From contig CAVOXA010000014.1 of NCBI GenBank assembly GCA_963700285.1, positions 224,001-288,000 of the forward strand: 64,000 bases of DNA, written 5' to 3'. Of this stretch, positions 10,230-19,904 are shown one piece after another. The stretch's first letter is position 1. Each line of letters starts with the position of its first letter. The notes under the pieces were generated by a model. It worked only from the letters and a program-made list of their open reading frames with translations, was not told where the DNA came from and ran no database searches. This DNA comes from an uncultured Chloroflexia bacterium. Its GTDB lineage: Bacteria > Chloroflexota > Anaerolineae > JAAYZQ01. The position numbers and the translations under genes are program-made.

Positions 10230-11060
10230 TTAAAACTGCAGGATGGTACCGGCCGGGCAGGGGCGCACAACCGACGCTCCGAGAATCTGCGTCAGGGCGA
10301 CAAAGGCTGCTTCACCGGAACAGTGATTCGGGTAGACGCGCTGAAGCGCCGGCATCCCCGAAAGCACTTGGCCGATGTGTTGCAGGTCATCGTCGCTGGC
10401 GCTGGTCAGGTGCAGCCCACCGGCGACGACCGTGATCGGGCGTTCGCACAGGCACTTGACACCTGCCAGCGTGTTGAGCAGACCGGCATGGCAGCAGCCA
10501 CAGAGTAGAACGAGATGGTCGGCCGTCTGCAGCACCAGCGCCATGTCATCGCCATAAGCGTCTGGGACGAGCGCATCTCCATCGCGCATCAGGTGACGCT
10601 GGCTGCCGCCCTCCGGTTCGGGCCGTTCAGATATCTCACCCGTTGTCCAGACACCGGGGATGATCTTTTGCGGCGCCGCACTCAATACGAGACCGAAGTG
10701 GTCAACCAGCTCCGCCTGCGCCATGGCAAAGCCAATCGATTCTGTCTTGCCTGACCGCTGCGAAAAGCGCTCGCGAAAGACGTCAGGGTTGGCGTAGAGC
10801 GGGATGCCGGGACGCAGACGCTTCAGCAGCATCGCCAAACCCCCCGTGTGATCATAGTGTGCGTGGCTGATGGCCAGCGCGTCTATCGTCGCCGGATCCA
10901 CGTCCAGCAAAGCTAGATTGTGCAGCAGCACGGTACCACTCTGGCCGGTGTCAAAAAGCAGGCGCTTGCCCTCTGCTTCAATCAGGAAGGCCAGACCGTG
11001 TTCGCCCCAGAACGGGGAATTGCGTTGAACCGCGTCGTCAACAATACAGGTTACTTGCAT
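10230..11060 (-). CDS. MBL-fold metallo-hydrolase (COG1237-like)
   Basis: WGEHGLAFLIE, LFDTGQSG, SHAHYDHTGG, GCCHAG, GGLHL, PNHCSG. Confidence 0.9.
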   Translation of the reverse strand: MQVTCIVDDAVQRNSPFWGEHGLAFLIEAEGKRLLFDTGQSGTVLLHNLALLDVDPATIDALAISHAHYDHTGGLAMLLKRLRPGIPLYANPDVFRERFSQRSGKTESIGFAMAQAELVDHFGLVLSAAPQKIIPGVWTTGEISERPEPEGGSQRHLMRDGDALVPDAYGDDMALVLQTADHLVLLCGCCHAGLLNTLAGVKCLCERPITVVAGGLHLTSASDDDLQHIGQVLSGMPALQRVYPNHCSGEAAFVALTQILGASVVRPCPAGTILQF

Positions 11061-11348
11061 GGCTCTCTCCTTTGTGTCAGGGCTGGCGCCAGGCGCTCTG
11101 TCTCCTGTGCATTGGTGTGCTACTCGCCCTCCCCGCTGACGGACGCGCGGCAACCGATGAGTGTTCTTGCGCCTCCCTACCTAATGCCGGATCACACCAC
11201 TGACACCAGCATTTTGGTGGCCCGCACCACGACCCGATGCGAAGCTGCTGAAACGAGCAGAAAACGCCAGGTCACGGACACTTTGACTGAACTCAGCGCA
11301 GGCCTGGCTCGAGCAGTTAGAAGCCAAGGTCTATTCTATGTAAGCCGA

Positions 11349-11858
11349 CTAGTCCTCCTGTCCACCTTTCGAACTGCGGCGACTGAGCTGGCGGATGATC
11401 CCCAAAACGGCGTTCATGCGAGGGACTCTTTGCATGTAGTCCTGGTACGCCGTCCCAAATTTTGCAACTAGCGACTGCTCCTCGAAAACAGCGCTAGCAT
11501 AGCATGTGGCCGCAGCGACAACTCCCAGGACAGCAACCAGCCAATTCTGGGCGATCAGGGCCAGGGCCAGGCTCATGAGTACCCCGGCGAGATACTGCGG
11601 GTGCCGCACAATGCTGTAGAGCCCACTATCAACCAGCTCAGTGGTCTGCACATAGCTTTTTCCTCTGGCCACACCCCCCTTCTTGCGAAAAGTGTAGATG
11701 GGCAGCCAGCCAAAGACACCCGAAATCGCCAGCACGAACCACCCAACGTTTGTTAGCCAGTCAGTGCCCGTCTGGTTGTAGAGTAGGAAGGAAAGAATGA
11801 TCTGACCAACGGCTGCGATAGTCAAAACAGCACCGAGCAAGGCCATCCTTTTGTTCAT
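11349..11858 (-). CDS. Isoprenylcysteine carboxylmethyltransferase / PEMT-family membrane protein
   Basis: LVDSGLYSIVRHPQYLAG and EEQSLVAKFGTAYQDYMQRVPR motifs; hydrophobic helices. Confidence 0.85.
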   Translation of the reverse strand: MNKRMALLGAVLTIAAVGQIILSFLLYNQTGTDWLTNVGWFVLAISGVFGWLPIYTFRKKGGVARGKSYVQTTELVDSGLYSIVRHPQYLAGVLMSLALALIAQNWLVAVLGVVAAATCYASAVFEEQSLVAKFGTAYQDYMQRVPRMNAVLGIIRQLSRRSSKGGQED

Positions 11859-11926
11859 CACCATCTCCTCAAGGGTATCTGTAAGCGGATCAGAGGCCAA
11901 CTCTGTCATCTCTCGGTCGATCGCGT

Positions 11927-13186
11927 TCATTCCCTCGGAAGGTAGAGTGTCTCCTGAATCATGGCCAGAAGCGGCAAACGCAGGCAGACATCGATGGCAA
12001 TGGCCGCAAAGAACACGTACTGCGGGCCGACGTGCTCCCAGATCAACCCGCCTATCAGAGGAGCCGGAATACTCAGCAGGCCACGGAACAGGCCAACGAC
12101 GCCGATCCAGCGTCCCATCTGTTCCTGGGGCATAATCTCGGCCGCCATCGAAGAGGCCAGGGCCATGTTGATGCTGTTAAAGCCAAAAAGCAGGCCGTAG
12201 AGCAACAGGCTCAGCGATGCGCCCACACCCGTGACCGGCGCATAGATCAGGAGTAGATTGGCCAGATAGGGCAGCGGCGCGATGGCAAAAAGCAAGGTCT
12301 TGCGACCGTACCGGTCAGCCAGGCGTCCTACCGGAATCGAAGCGACCATGGGCACCAACACGCTGGTCATGGCAATGCCACCCAGGACAAACTCGTTGGC
12401 CCCCTTGATATCATGCGCATAGACCGGCATGAAGGGTTGGGCTATCGTATAGGGCAGTTCCATAAGGCCCATCACCAGCAGAAGCCGAACCACGTCTGGG
12501 CCCTGCTGAAAGACCTGAGCAAAACTCGAGAGAACCCGGTGGCGGCCGCCGGGACCGTTGTGGGCCTTGGCAGCGGACAAGCGGGTCAGCAAGAGGACAA
12601 AGATCAGCCCAAAGATGAGCGCCTGGATGGCAAAAAGTGGGCGAATGCCCTCAACACTGATGCCGCCAAACCGAGAGATAAGCCAGGCCGCCAGCATTGG
12701 GGTAACGATGGCCACCGGCGAAGCCAGCGTCCGGCAGAGACCGCGCCCGGTAGCGCGTCCCTCGTTCCGCAGCTCCCCGGCGCAGGTGACGGTGCAGGCG
12801 GTACAGGTGATGCGCGAGCCCAGATAGTAGATGATAATCGCGATATAGAGCCAGGTCCAGAAAGGGGCCGCGAAGTATAACAGGCTGGACGCTGCCAGCA
12901 ATGCAGCGCCGATGAGAAACACGTTCTTCAGGCTGTAGTAGTCGATAAACCAGCCGGCGGGCAAGGAGGCCAGCGCGCTCACGGTGTTGCCCGCGCTCTG
13001 GAGCGACCCCAGTTGTACCGCGTTGGCCCCCAGCAATGTGGCATAGATGGAGGTATATTGCGTGGTGAGGCCCGTGGCCAATCCATGCAAGGTCCGGCGG
13101 CTCAACATCAGCTTAAAGTTGGGCGTTTGACGTCGCGCAAAATCAATGCCGCGCCGGACGATCCTTGATGTATTCATTGGCTCCAA
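11927..13186 (-). CDS. MFS transporter
   Basis: About 12 hydrophobic segments; GRLADRYGRK motif. Confidence 0.88.
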   Translation of the reverse strand: MEPMNTSRIVRRGIDFARRQTPNFKLMLSRRTLHGLATGLTTQYTSIYATLLGANAVQLGSLQSAGNTVSALASLPAGWFIDYYSLKNVFLIGAALLAASSLLYFAAPFWTWLYIAIIIYYLGSRITCTACTVTCAGELRNEGRATGRGLCRTLASPVAIVTPMLAAWLISRFGGISVEGIRPLFAIQALIFGLIFVLLLTRLSAAKAHNGPGGRHRVLSSFAQVFQQGPDVVRLLLVMGLMELPYTIAQPFMPVYAHDIKGANEFVLGGIAMTSVLVPMVASIPVGRLADRYGRKTLLFAIAPLPYLANLLLIYAPVTGVGASLSLLLYGLLFGFNSINMALASSMAAEIMPQEQMGRWIGVVGLFRGLLSIPAPLIGGLIWEHVGPQYVFFAAIAIDVCLRLPLLAMIQETLYLPRE

Positions 13187-13259
13187 TGCCGAGGGATGAG
13201 GCTGGGCTGTCCCTCTCTACTCCGTCGTCAATGATGGTCAGAGTATAGCAGTACAGCCT

Positions 13260-13736
13260 TCACCAATCGAACTGGGCTTCACCTTGGCTCGCTCCATCCG
13301 TAAACCATTCAGCAAGCGCCTGTTGCAGTGCGTTTACCGTCAAGCTAGCGCAGTGCATTTTGGCCCTGGGCAAGCTATCCAGAGCGACAATCAGCTCCCT
13401 CGGTCCGATTTCGCCCGCCTCATCCGGCGACAGCCCCTGCACCATTGTGGTGAGCATGCTGCCGCACGCCAACGCCGGCTCGCGGCCATCGGTCATGAAG
13501 GTAGCTTGTGTGATCCGGTCATCATCCAACCGCAGGTAGATCTCCATCGTATCGCCACAGCAGCCATGAATGACCCCATAGGCATCTGGCTCGACCATGC
13601 GGCCCTGGTTCTTGGGATCGAGCGCTAGCTCGATGACCTTGGCCGAATAGAGAAGCTGGGTCTCGTGTGCCACGGCGTCCTTCTGCGGTTCAGGGACCAT
13701 CTGTTCCACGGTTGTTGCATCTCCTTGATGTCCCAT
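13260..13736 (-). CDS. IscU/NifU-like Fe-S cluster scaffold protein
   Basis: PKNQGRM, GCCGDTMEIYL, ACGS, KMHCA; RBS AAGGAG. Confidence 0.85.
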   Translation of the reverse strand: MGHQGDATTVEQMVPEPQKDAVAHETQLLYSAKVIELALDPKNQGRMVEPDAYGVIHGCCGDTMEIYLRLDDDRITQATFMTDGREPALACGSMLTTMVQGLSPDEAGEIGPRELIVALDSLPRAKMHCASLTVNALQQALAEWFTDGASQGEAQFDW

Positions 13737-13936
13737 GCAAGACTCCTTTGCAGGCAATGAGTAGCCATCCTGTCAGTCATGCTGGTGCACGATCTCTTCC
13801 AGATGTCCCCGCCAGTAGCTCAGATCGCCTCCGGGCAGATTCCACACTACCTCACCGTCCATCGGGATCAACAGTGATTGTCAGACCGTACTCCAGACCC
13901 ATCGTATCTCGCCAAAAAACTCGGCATCTTCCAGCC

Positions 13937-14374
13937 TCAATCATAGGCCAGGCGCATCTCTTGGCCCGGCAAGACGTCCTGGATGAGTTCCTGCCACGCG
14001 GCTGGCTGCCAGGTCCCCAGTGCCTGGTGAGTCAGGTAGTAGTTCTGAGGAATCGGATGGGTGCCGACTACGACCTCCAGCCCATACTTGGCCGGGATGA
14101 ACTCGCAAAAGGCCTGCAGGTGGGGGCAGGGCGGATAGCCAACCACCAGACCCGTCGCCAGGTGAACGATCTCTGCACCGTTCTTTTTCATCTCGGCGGG
14201 AGCGTACTCTATGTTGCCACCGGGGCAACCCCCACAGGTTATGTAGCCAACCAGTTCGATCTCCTCGCCCTGATAGCGGGCAAAGGCTCCTTCCCGGTTG
14301 CGCAGGGAACGCAGGCACTTGCCGCCTGCACAGCTTTGATAGCGATGACAGATAATGATCCCAAGCTTCTTCAT
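13937..14374 (-). CDS. CGGC domain-containing protein
   Basis: GIIICHRYQSCAGGKC, TCGGCPG, YPPCP, VVGTH. Confidence 0.88.
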   Translation of the reverse strand: MKKLGIIICHRYQSCAGGKCLRSLRNREGAFARYQGEEIELVGYITCGGCPGGNIEYAPAEMKKNGAEIVHLATGLVVGYPPCPHLQAFCEFIPAKYGLEVVVGTHPIPQNYYLTHQALGTWQPAAWQELIQDVLPGQEMRLAYD

Positions 14375-14400
14375 CGGAACCAGACCTCCTTCAGTGTTTC

Positions 14401-15150
14401 TTACTTGTCCCTTGTGGGCTTTCGCATCATGGTTAGCAGCCGCTTGCCCCGTATCTGGCGAAAGGTAGCCGCTTGGCCTACGGTCTGCAGTACGGCGGCC
14501 ACATCCACCACCCGCGTCCCGGATATGGCATCGATGCCGTACTCGAACAGGACCGGCGACAGCGGGGCGCTGGCCCCGAGCAGGACCACAAAGGCATCAG
14601 GACGGCACAGACTGACCAGGTCGTCAAAGGTATGATTGAGGAGCGAGGTGCCGGTGAGCGCCACTACGTCTGCCTGGGGAAGCACTTCCACTGCTTGCCC
14701 GGCGGAAAGGTCACCGGCGCGGGGGCGCAGTTCCAGCACCCAGCAGGTAGCTGCTGCCTGGCGCACCCGCTCCACAAAGGGGAAGTGACCGATGATGGCC
14801 ACCCGGTGCCCGGCCGCGCGCTGTAGAATCACATTCTCGGCGTTCACCTGGGTGCAGGCTGCCTCATCCACTTCCAGCAGGGCATTGAAGGCCGCCATGC
14901 CGATGCTGGCCCTCAGAATGCTGGGGGAGCGAAGCCACTCGGCCAGCTCCCGCCCGCTGTATTCCAGCAGGCGGCCTGCCTCCGGCACTGGGGGTCCGGC
15001 TTCGTGGGACTCTGCGCGCAGGGTCGAGGCCAGGCCACATCGAAGTGGCTCGGTGTCCAGAACCACCGCTGTCCAAAAGGCTCCGACCAAAACCTGTCGC
15101 ACCGGTGCGTCCGCTTGCAGGCTATTCAACAGCGTGTCAATGGCGTTCAT
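14401..15150 (-). CDS. DUF364-family (Rossmann-like, putative heavy-metal chelation) protein
   Basis: ASIGMAAFNAL, VAIIGHFPF, DVVALTGTSLLNHT, LLGASAPLSP. Confidence 0.8.
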   Translation of the reverse strand: MNAIDTLLNSLQADAPVRQVLVGAFWTAVVLDTEPLRCGLASTLRAESHEAGPPVPEAGRLLEYSGRELAEWLRSPSILRASIGMAAFNALLEVDEAACTQVNAENVILQRAAGHRVAIIGHFPFVERVRQAAATCWVLELRPRAGDLSAGQAVEVLPQADVVALTGTSLLNHTFDDLVSLCRPDAFVVLLGASAPLSPVLFEYGIDAISGTRVVDVAAVLQTVGQAATFRQIRGKRLLTMMRKPTRDK

Positions 15151-15183
15151 CTTGTTCCTTCTCTTAGGAAATTCCTGACTTGA

Positions 15184-15663
15184 CTAGGCGCCACGCCTGC
15201 GTCGCCGCCGGCCATGGCCGCCCCCCTCGCCACGGGCCCGGGAGCCGCCGCATGGCGTGCTCTGCCGGGTAGCCGGCGATTCCCTGCTCTCCAACCGGCG
15301 GTCCAGATCGCGCAGAAAATAGTCCGCCAGCCGGGGCAGGATCTCGCGCCCAGCCCAGACCAGGGCTCCACCGACAACCGGCAGGACGCTAGCCCGGAAA
15401 GGTACTGGAGCAGGCCCGGTCTTGACCTGGATGACTCGCGGCTCGGGCCGCAGAGCTGGTACTCGGGCCGGGTCGACAGCGGGTTCTGAGGGCATGGCGA
15501 GGGCGATGGCCTCTATGGGGCAGGCAGCAATGCAGGTCTCGCAGTCGCGGCAGAGCCTTTGGTCTACTACCGCCCTGCCACCAACCAGGTAGATGGCGCC
15601 CGTTGGACAAGCCTCCACGCACGCGCCGCAGCCATTGCAGCGATCCACGTTGATAACAATCAT
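15184..15663 (-). CDS. 2x[4Fe-4S] ferredoxin domain with a C-terminal helix and Gly/Arg-rich tail
   Basis: CNGCGACVEACP and CRDCETCIAACP; tail [15 protein letters not shown]. Confidence 0.85.
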   Translation of the reverse strand: MIVINVDRCNGCGACVEACPTGAIYLVGGRAVVDQRLCRDCETCIAACPIEAIALAMPSEPAVDPARVPALRPEPRVIQVKTGPAPVPFRASVLPVVGGALVWAGREILPRLADYFLRDLDRRLESRESPATRQSTPCGGSRARGEGGGHGRRRRRRGA

Positions 15664-15693
15664 CCTAGATCACCTCCTTCCCCGCAGTCCCGG

Positions 15694-15930
15694 TCAGCAG
15701 TCGTGTGGATGGGGATGACCATGATCTGCCATTGACCCACCCAGCTTCTCCAAGGCTGCCGCCAACGCCTCATTGGCTGATTCCATCCGAGCTGCTGCCA
15801 CCTCAATGTCAGCTTCCGCTTCGGCCGCCAACTCCGCCCAAAGACGGAACTGGGCTGCATGCTCGACATTGTGCTCGATCCAGTGAGGCAGCATTGCTCT
15901 CAGCTTGTCCCGTCCGATCATGGCTGCCAT
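15694..15930 (-). CDS. Small His-rich helical protein (putative metal-binding)
   Basis: LPHWIEHNVEHA motif and C-terminal DHGHPHPHDC; translationally close to cooT. Confidence 0.7.
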   Translation of the reverse strand: MAAMIGRDKLRAMLPHWIEHNVEHAAQFRLWAELAAEAEADIEVAAARMESANEALAAALEKLGGSMADHGHPHPHDC

Positions 15931-15931
15931 C

Positions 15932-16129
15932 CTATGCTCCCTCCACTGGCACCAGCGTGACCGAGTGTTTCAGAAAGTCAATGCGGCTCACCCTGGCCTT
16001 GACAACCACCGGTTCCTCGAAGAATGCCTGCAAACGCAAACCATTCTCTACCGGTTCCAACAGAACGAGATCCCGCATGATCTCCTCATCCTGACCATTC
16101 TTGGACAAAAAAACCGTTGCTTGGCACAT
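15932..16129 (-). CDS. cooT: CooT-family nickel-binding protein
   Basis: N-terminal MC, EEIMRD, DFLKHSVTL; 65 aa, typical of the family. Confidence 0.75.
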   Translation of the reverse strand: MCQATVFLSKNGQDEEIMRDLVLLEPVENGLRLQAFFEEPVVVKARVSRIDFLKHSVTLVPVEGA

Positions 16130-16141
16130 GAGATCCTCCGT

Positions 16142-16447
16142 TCAGGGGCTCTCTCTCAGGATCGCATTCAACTCCTCGGCCCCCACATAGCCCACTACCT
16201 CAATATCCTGCTCTCTGACACCCGGGACCTGAGCCACCGCATCTCGAATGTTGAGTACCAGCGTGACGGCCAGTGGGCAGAGGGGTGACGAAGGCCGAAA
16301 CCTGTAGCGCACGAGTCCTGTCTTGCTCTCCACCTGCAGATCTTCAATGAGCCGCATGCGGATCACATCCACGCCTGTCTCCGGGTCAATGACCTGGCTC
16401 AGAGCCTCGATGATGGCGTGTTTGAGTTCGATAGAGTGAACGTCCAT
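16142..16447 (-). CDS. DUF59 (SufT/MIP18-like) Fe-S assembly protein
   Basis: ALSQVIDPETGVDVIRMRLI, PSSPLCPLA. Confidence 0.85.
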   Translation of the reverse strand: MDVHSIELKHAIIEALSQVIDPETGVDVIRMRLIEDLQVESKTGLVRYRFRPSSPLCPLAVTLVLNIRDAVAQVPGVREQDIEVVGYVGAEELNAILRESP

Positions 16448-16448
16448 C

Positions 16449-17333
16449 CTACTCCTCCAGTCTTGCGCTGACGTTCAGCCACATTTCCGCTAGCGCTCCC
16501 GTCATTGCCCCTTTGGGCTGGTAGGCCGTTACCGGCTGTCCCCGGACCATGGCCTCAGTGACGATGGTGTCATAGGGCAACTTGCCCACCACCTCGATGC
16601 CCTCAGAAGCGCAGTAGGCTTCGATGGCAGTCGTATAGGCCGGGCTGAGATCCGCCTTGTTGATACACACCAGCGCCGGCACACCAAAGTGATTCACCGT
16701 ACCCAGCGCTCGTTCCAGATCGTGGATGCCGGACACGGTGGGCTCTACCACCAGCAGGGCCAGGTCTGCGCCTGCACTGGCCGAAATAACCGGGCAGCCG
16801 ATACCGGGCGGCCCGTCGACGATAAGCAGCTCGCGGCCCTCGTCCAGGGCCAGCAGCCGGCCGTGCTGTTTGACCAGGGTCACCAGTTTGCCCGAGTTCT
16901 CCTGTGCAGCGAACAGGTGGGCGTGGAACAGCGGCCCGAAGCGTGTGTCCGATCGAAACCAGAGCCCGGCGTGCTGCTCCTCACAGTGAATGGCCGTTTC
17001 TGGGCACTGGGTTACGCACGAGGCGCAGCCCTCGCAGGCCAGCGGGTCCACACGGTAGGTGTCATCACCTGGGATGACGGCGTCGAACCGGCAGACCTCG
17101 TGGCAGCGCCCGCACAGTCCACACAGATCGGGATCAATGATGGCCACCTGCCCGCCCATGAATACATGTTCTTCTACTTGGACCGGATCCAAGACCAGGC
17201 CCAAATTGGCGGCATCCACGTCGGCGTCGGCCAAGACGATGGGCTTCTCTTGCGAAGCCAGGTGAGCCAGGGCGGCCACCACTGAGGTCTTGCCCGTGCC
17301 GCCCTTTCCGCTGAGGATCACCAATTGCTTCAT
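16449..17333 (-). CDS. MinD-superfamily P-loop ATPase with inserted ferredoxin domain (COG1149)
   Basis: SGKGGTGKT, DADVDAAN, two CxxCxxCxxxC motifs, DGPPGIGCP, VEPTVSG. Confidence 0.9.
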   Translation of the reverse strand: MKQLVILSGKGGTGKTSVVAALAHLASQEKPIVLADADVDAANLGLVLDPVQVEEHVFMGGQVAIIDPDLCGLCGRCHEVCRFDAVIPGDDTYRVDPLACEGCASCVTQCPETAIHCEEQHAGLWFRSDTRFGPLFHAHLFAAQENSGKLVTLVKQHGRLLALDEGRELLIVDGPPGIGCPVISASAGADLALLVVEPTVSGIHDLERALGTVNHFGVPALVCINKADLSPAYTTAIEAYCASEGIEVVGKLPYDTIVTEAMVRGQPVTAYQPKGAMTGALAEMWLNVSARLEE

Positions 17334-18202
17334 AGAGCCACCTCTTGGGCGATCTGTTCATAAAGTCTGACAAAGCGGGGGCGATACTCGGGCAGTGCCT
17401 CTACCAGCGCCTTCCCGTCCGAAACAGCTTCCGCGATGCGGCGGTCCAACGGAATGCGCATCAAGATCAGTATGCCCTCGCTGGCACAGTACTGCTCCAC
17501 ACCCTCATCGCCGACGCCATCGCGGTTGATGATGACACCCACCGGCAGGCCCAGCTCGTCGCGGGCGACCTCCACTGCCAGACGCAGGTCATGCAAGCCA
17601 AAGGGCGTCGGCTCGGTGACCATCAGCACAAAGTCGGCATCGCGCATCGTCTCTACCACGGGGCAAGAAGTGCCAGGCGACGAGTCGAGGATCACCACAC
17701 GGTCATCTGCTGCGGCCAGGTACTTTTTTTTGAGCTGGTGGATGATGGGCACGGGCATGGCCTGACCCACGTCCAATGTACCCTGGGCGAAATCGATCAG
17801 CCCCGTCGAACCTGATTCCAGGGTGCCCGTGACGTTGAGTACCTCGTGAAGCGCTTCTTCCGGGCAGTTGAGCGTACAACTGCCACAACCATGGCACAGT
17901 TCGGGGAAGATGAGCACCCTTTTGCCCACGACAGCGATGGCATGCCAGACACAGACCTCGGCACAGCGGCCACAGAAGGTGCACTTGGCATAGTCCACCT
18001 CGGGGATCAGGATGCCGACCTCATCGCGGTGGTCCAGCTCTGGTTGGAGAAAGAGGGCGGCGTTGGGTTCTTCTACGTCGCAGTCCAGGAAGAGCGGATT
18101 GGCAGAACTGGCGGATCGATGCGCTGTCATCGACAGCGCCAAACTGGTAGCGACGGTGGTCTTGCCCGTACCTCCTTTACCACTTGCAACGACAATCATC
18201 AT
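17330..18202 (-). CDS. MinD-superfamily P-loop ATPase with inserted ferredoxin domain (COG1149)
   Basis: ASGKGGTGKTT, DCDVEEPN, CTFCGRC/CHGCGSC, DSSPGTSCP, VTEPTPFGLHDL. Confidence 0.9.
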   Translation of the reverse strand: MMIVVASGKGGTGKTTVATSLALSMTAHRSASSANPLFLDCDVEEPNAALFLQPELDHRDEVGILIPEVDYAKCTFCGRCAEVCVWHAIAVVGKRVLIFPELCHGCGSCTLNCPEEALHEVLNVTGTLESGSTGLIDFAQGTLDVGQAMPVPIIHQLKKKYLAAADDRVVILDSSPGTSCPVVETMRDADFVLMVTEPTPFGLHDLRLAVEVARDELGLPVGVIINRDGVGDEGVEQYCASEGILILMRIPLDRRIAEAVSDGKALVEALPEYRPRFVRLYEQIAQEVAL

Positions 18203-18286
18203 GTCAGAGCTTCCTCCGGTTCAGTTTCGGCCTCACTTGCGTCCCACCTCCAGCACCCCTGCCAGAGAGAGTCGAGGTGAGATGGA

Positions 18287-19453
18287 TCATTCAGTCAGGT
18301 CCGCGAGCGCCTCGGCCAACGTCGCGGCTTGTATCAGCCGTGTCTCCACGCCCGCGTCAGCAAACACGTAGGCCGGCCCCTTGCCTTGAACATCCTGGCG
18401 CAGCAGGACCACGTCAGTCTTGAGGGCCACCAACCACTCACCCACGCGAATGCCCTTGGCCTTCTCCGCGCCCGTTTGGGGATTGGCCAGCACTTCCTGG
18501 CGCTCAACCTGGCCATCGGACGTGCGAACCGTTGCGAGAGCAAAGTAGGGCGATTCGCCGAAATGTTCGCTAACCGTCCCGCCCACATCGGCCAGAGGTA
18601 CGGCGTAGCGCAAGTGAGTGCGCACTTGCGGCTCGTAATGGATCAACACCCGTTCTACGTGGGGCACCTGTACACGGATGGCCTTTTCCAGGCGTTGGCT
18701 GACGGCGTGGGCTTTTTCCAGATCGTCCACCCTCAGGGCCAGGTCGGCTTCCAGGAATCGATAGCGGCCCGCGTTGCGCCCCACCACCCACCGCAGCTCC
18801 GTCACGGTGGGTTCGGCCTCAATGATCGCCCGTACCTGATCCAGCGTTTCGGCGTCCAGGGAGGCATCCAGCAGCACACGCATCCCGTCGGACAATAGCT
18901 CCCAGCCGGTTTTGCAGATGAGCACCACGATGACCAGCGCTGCGTAGCGATCCACCGGGTACCCGATCATCTGGCCGACGAGAGCCAGAAATACTACCCC
19001 CGACGAAAAGACGTGGGCGCGGTACTCCTGGGCGTCGGCCATCAGGCTGGGTGAGTTGAGTCTCCGGCCCACCCGCATCTCGTAGAAGCTGAAGGCCAGC
19101 GGTACGACCGCCGACACCGCCACACCGGCCAGCATCCAGCCGTTGACCGTCGTCGCCTGAGCGTCACCAAAGAGTGCCTGCTTGGCGATCTCGTAGCCTG
19201 TGAAAAAGATGAGGATCGAGATGCCCACGGCCACCACGTTCTCCACCTTGTAGAGCCCGTAGGGAAAGTCTCGGCTCTCCCGCTCCGAGATCTTGACCCC
19301 TGCCAGCACGGCCACCGAGGCGACCAGGTCCACCAGGTTGTGGACCATCTCGGCGGCCACCGCCAAGCTGCCCGAGGCCGCCGCGATGGCAAGGTTCAGC
19401 AGGCTGAGAAAGATATTTACAGCAATGGATGCCCAGGCAACTCGCGAAGCCAC
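18287..19453 (-). CDS. Cation diffusion facilitator (CDF) transporter fused to a C-terminal NifB/NifX domain
   Basis: SGSLAVAAEMVHNLVD, FPYGLYKVEN, dimerisation domain ending IHYEP, then VSEHFGESPYF (NifX-like). GTG start after GAGGGG. Confidence 0.85.
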   Translation of the reverse strand: MASRVAWASIAVNIFLSLLNLAIAAASGSLAVAAEMVHNLVDLVASVAVLAGVKISERESRDFPYGLYKVENVVAVGISILIFFTGYEIAKQALFGDAQATTVNGWMLAGVAVSAVVPLAFSFYEMRVGRRLNSPSLMADAQEYRAHVFSSGVVFLALVGQMIGYPVDRYAALVIVVLICKTGWELLSDGMRVLLDASLDAETLDQVRAIIEAEPTVTELRWVVGRNAGRYRFLEADLALRVDDLEKAHAVSQRLEKAIRVQVPHVERVLIHYEPQVRTHLRYAVPLADVGGTVSEHFGESPYFALATVRTSDGQVERQEVLANPQTGAEKAKGIRVGEWLVALKTDVVLLRQDVQGKGPAYVFADAGVETRLIQAATLAEALADLTE

Positions 19454-19476
19454 GTCGTCCCCTCTGTCCTTCTTGA

Positions 19477-19627
19477 TACTGTTGGAAAATCCTGACATTG
19501 TCACTGCGAGCGAAGCGAAGCAGTCCCCAACACAGTCAAAAGTGGGGATTGCTTTCCTGTCGCTGCGCTCAGGACAGGCTCTCGCTGCGCTCGTCGCAAT
19601 GACAGGTGTGACATTCTTCCACCAGTA
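19477..19627. repeat. Composite nested REP-like element
   Basis: Outer arms TACTGTTGGAA/TTCCACCAGTA; inner TGTCACTGCGAGCGAAGCGAAGCAGTCCCC...GGGGATTGCTT...TCGCAATGACA; embedded CCTGTC-GCTGCGCTCAG-GACAGG. Confidence 0.7.
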
Positions 19628-19668
19628 ACTTCTTGCACAACCAGTCGCACGGGGCTGGTCGCGGGCGG

Positions 19669-19875
19669 CTAATCCCGCATCATCTGCGCGCCGCATTTGG
19701 GGCACTTGGTGTCGTAACAGGGCTGCCCGGTCTGGTGCGAAACTCGATGCCCGCACATGGGGCAGATGCAGCTACCGGCGGGCCCGGCGGCTTTGGATCC
19801 GCCCATGCGCCCTGGCCCACGGCCTCGACCGCGACCACCCCCTTGACCAGCTCCGCCCCCCTGTCCTCGACCCAT
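19669..19875 (-). CDS. Small Gly/Arg-rich, Cys-rich (zinc-ribbon-like) protein
   Basis: MGRGQGGGAGQGGGRGRGRG...CICPMCG...PCYDTKCPKCG; RBS GGAGGG. Confidence 0.8.
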   Translation of the reverse strand: MGRGQGGGAGQGGGRGRGRGPGRMGGSKAAGPAGSCICPMCGHRVSHQTGQPCYDTKCPKCGAQMMRD

Positions 19876-19904
19876 GTTGCCCTCCTGCCCTCCTTCTGTA
19901 TCCG

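Noticed and set aside
19454-19756. N-terminal extension of the CDF ORF in the track
   Set aside because: It is read-through across a REP-like element and the upstream small gene; the plausible start is the GTG at 19453.
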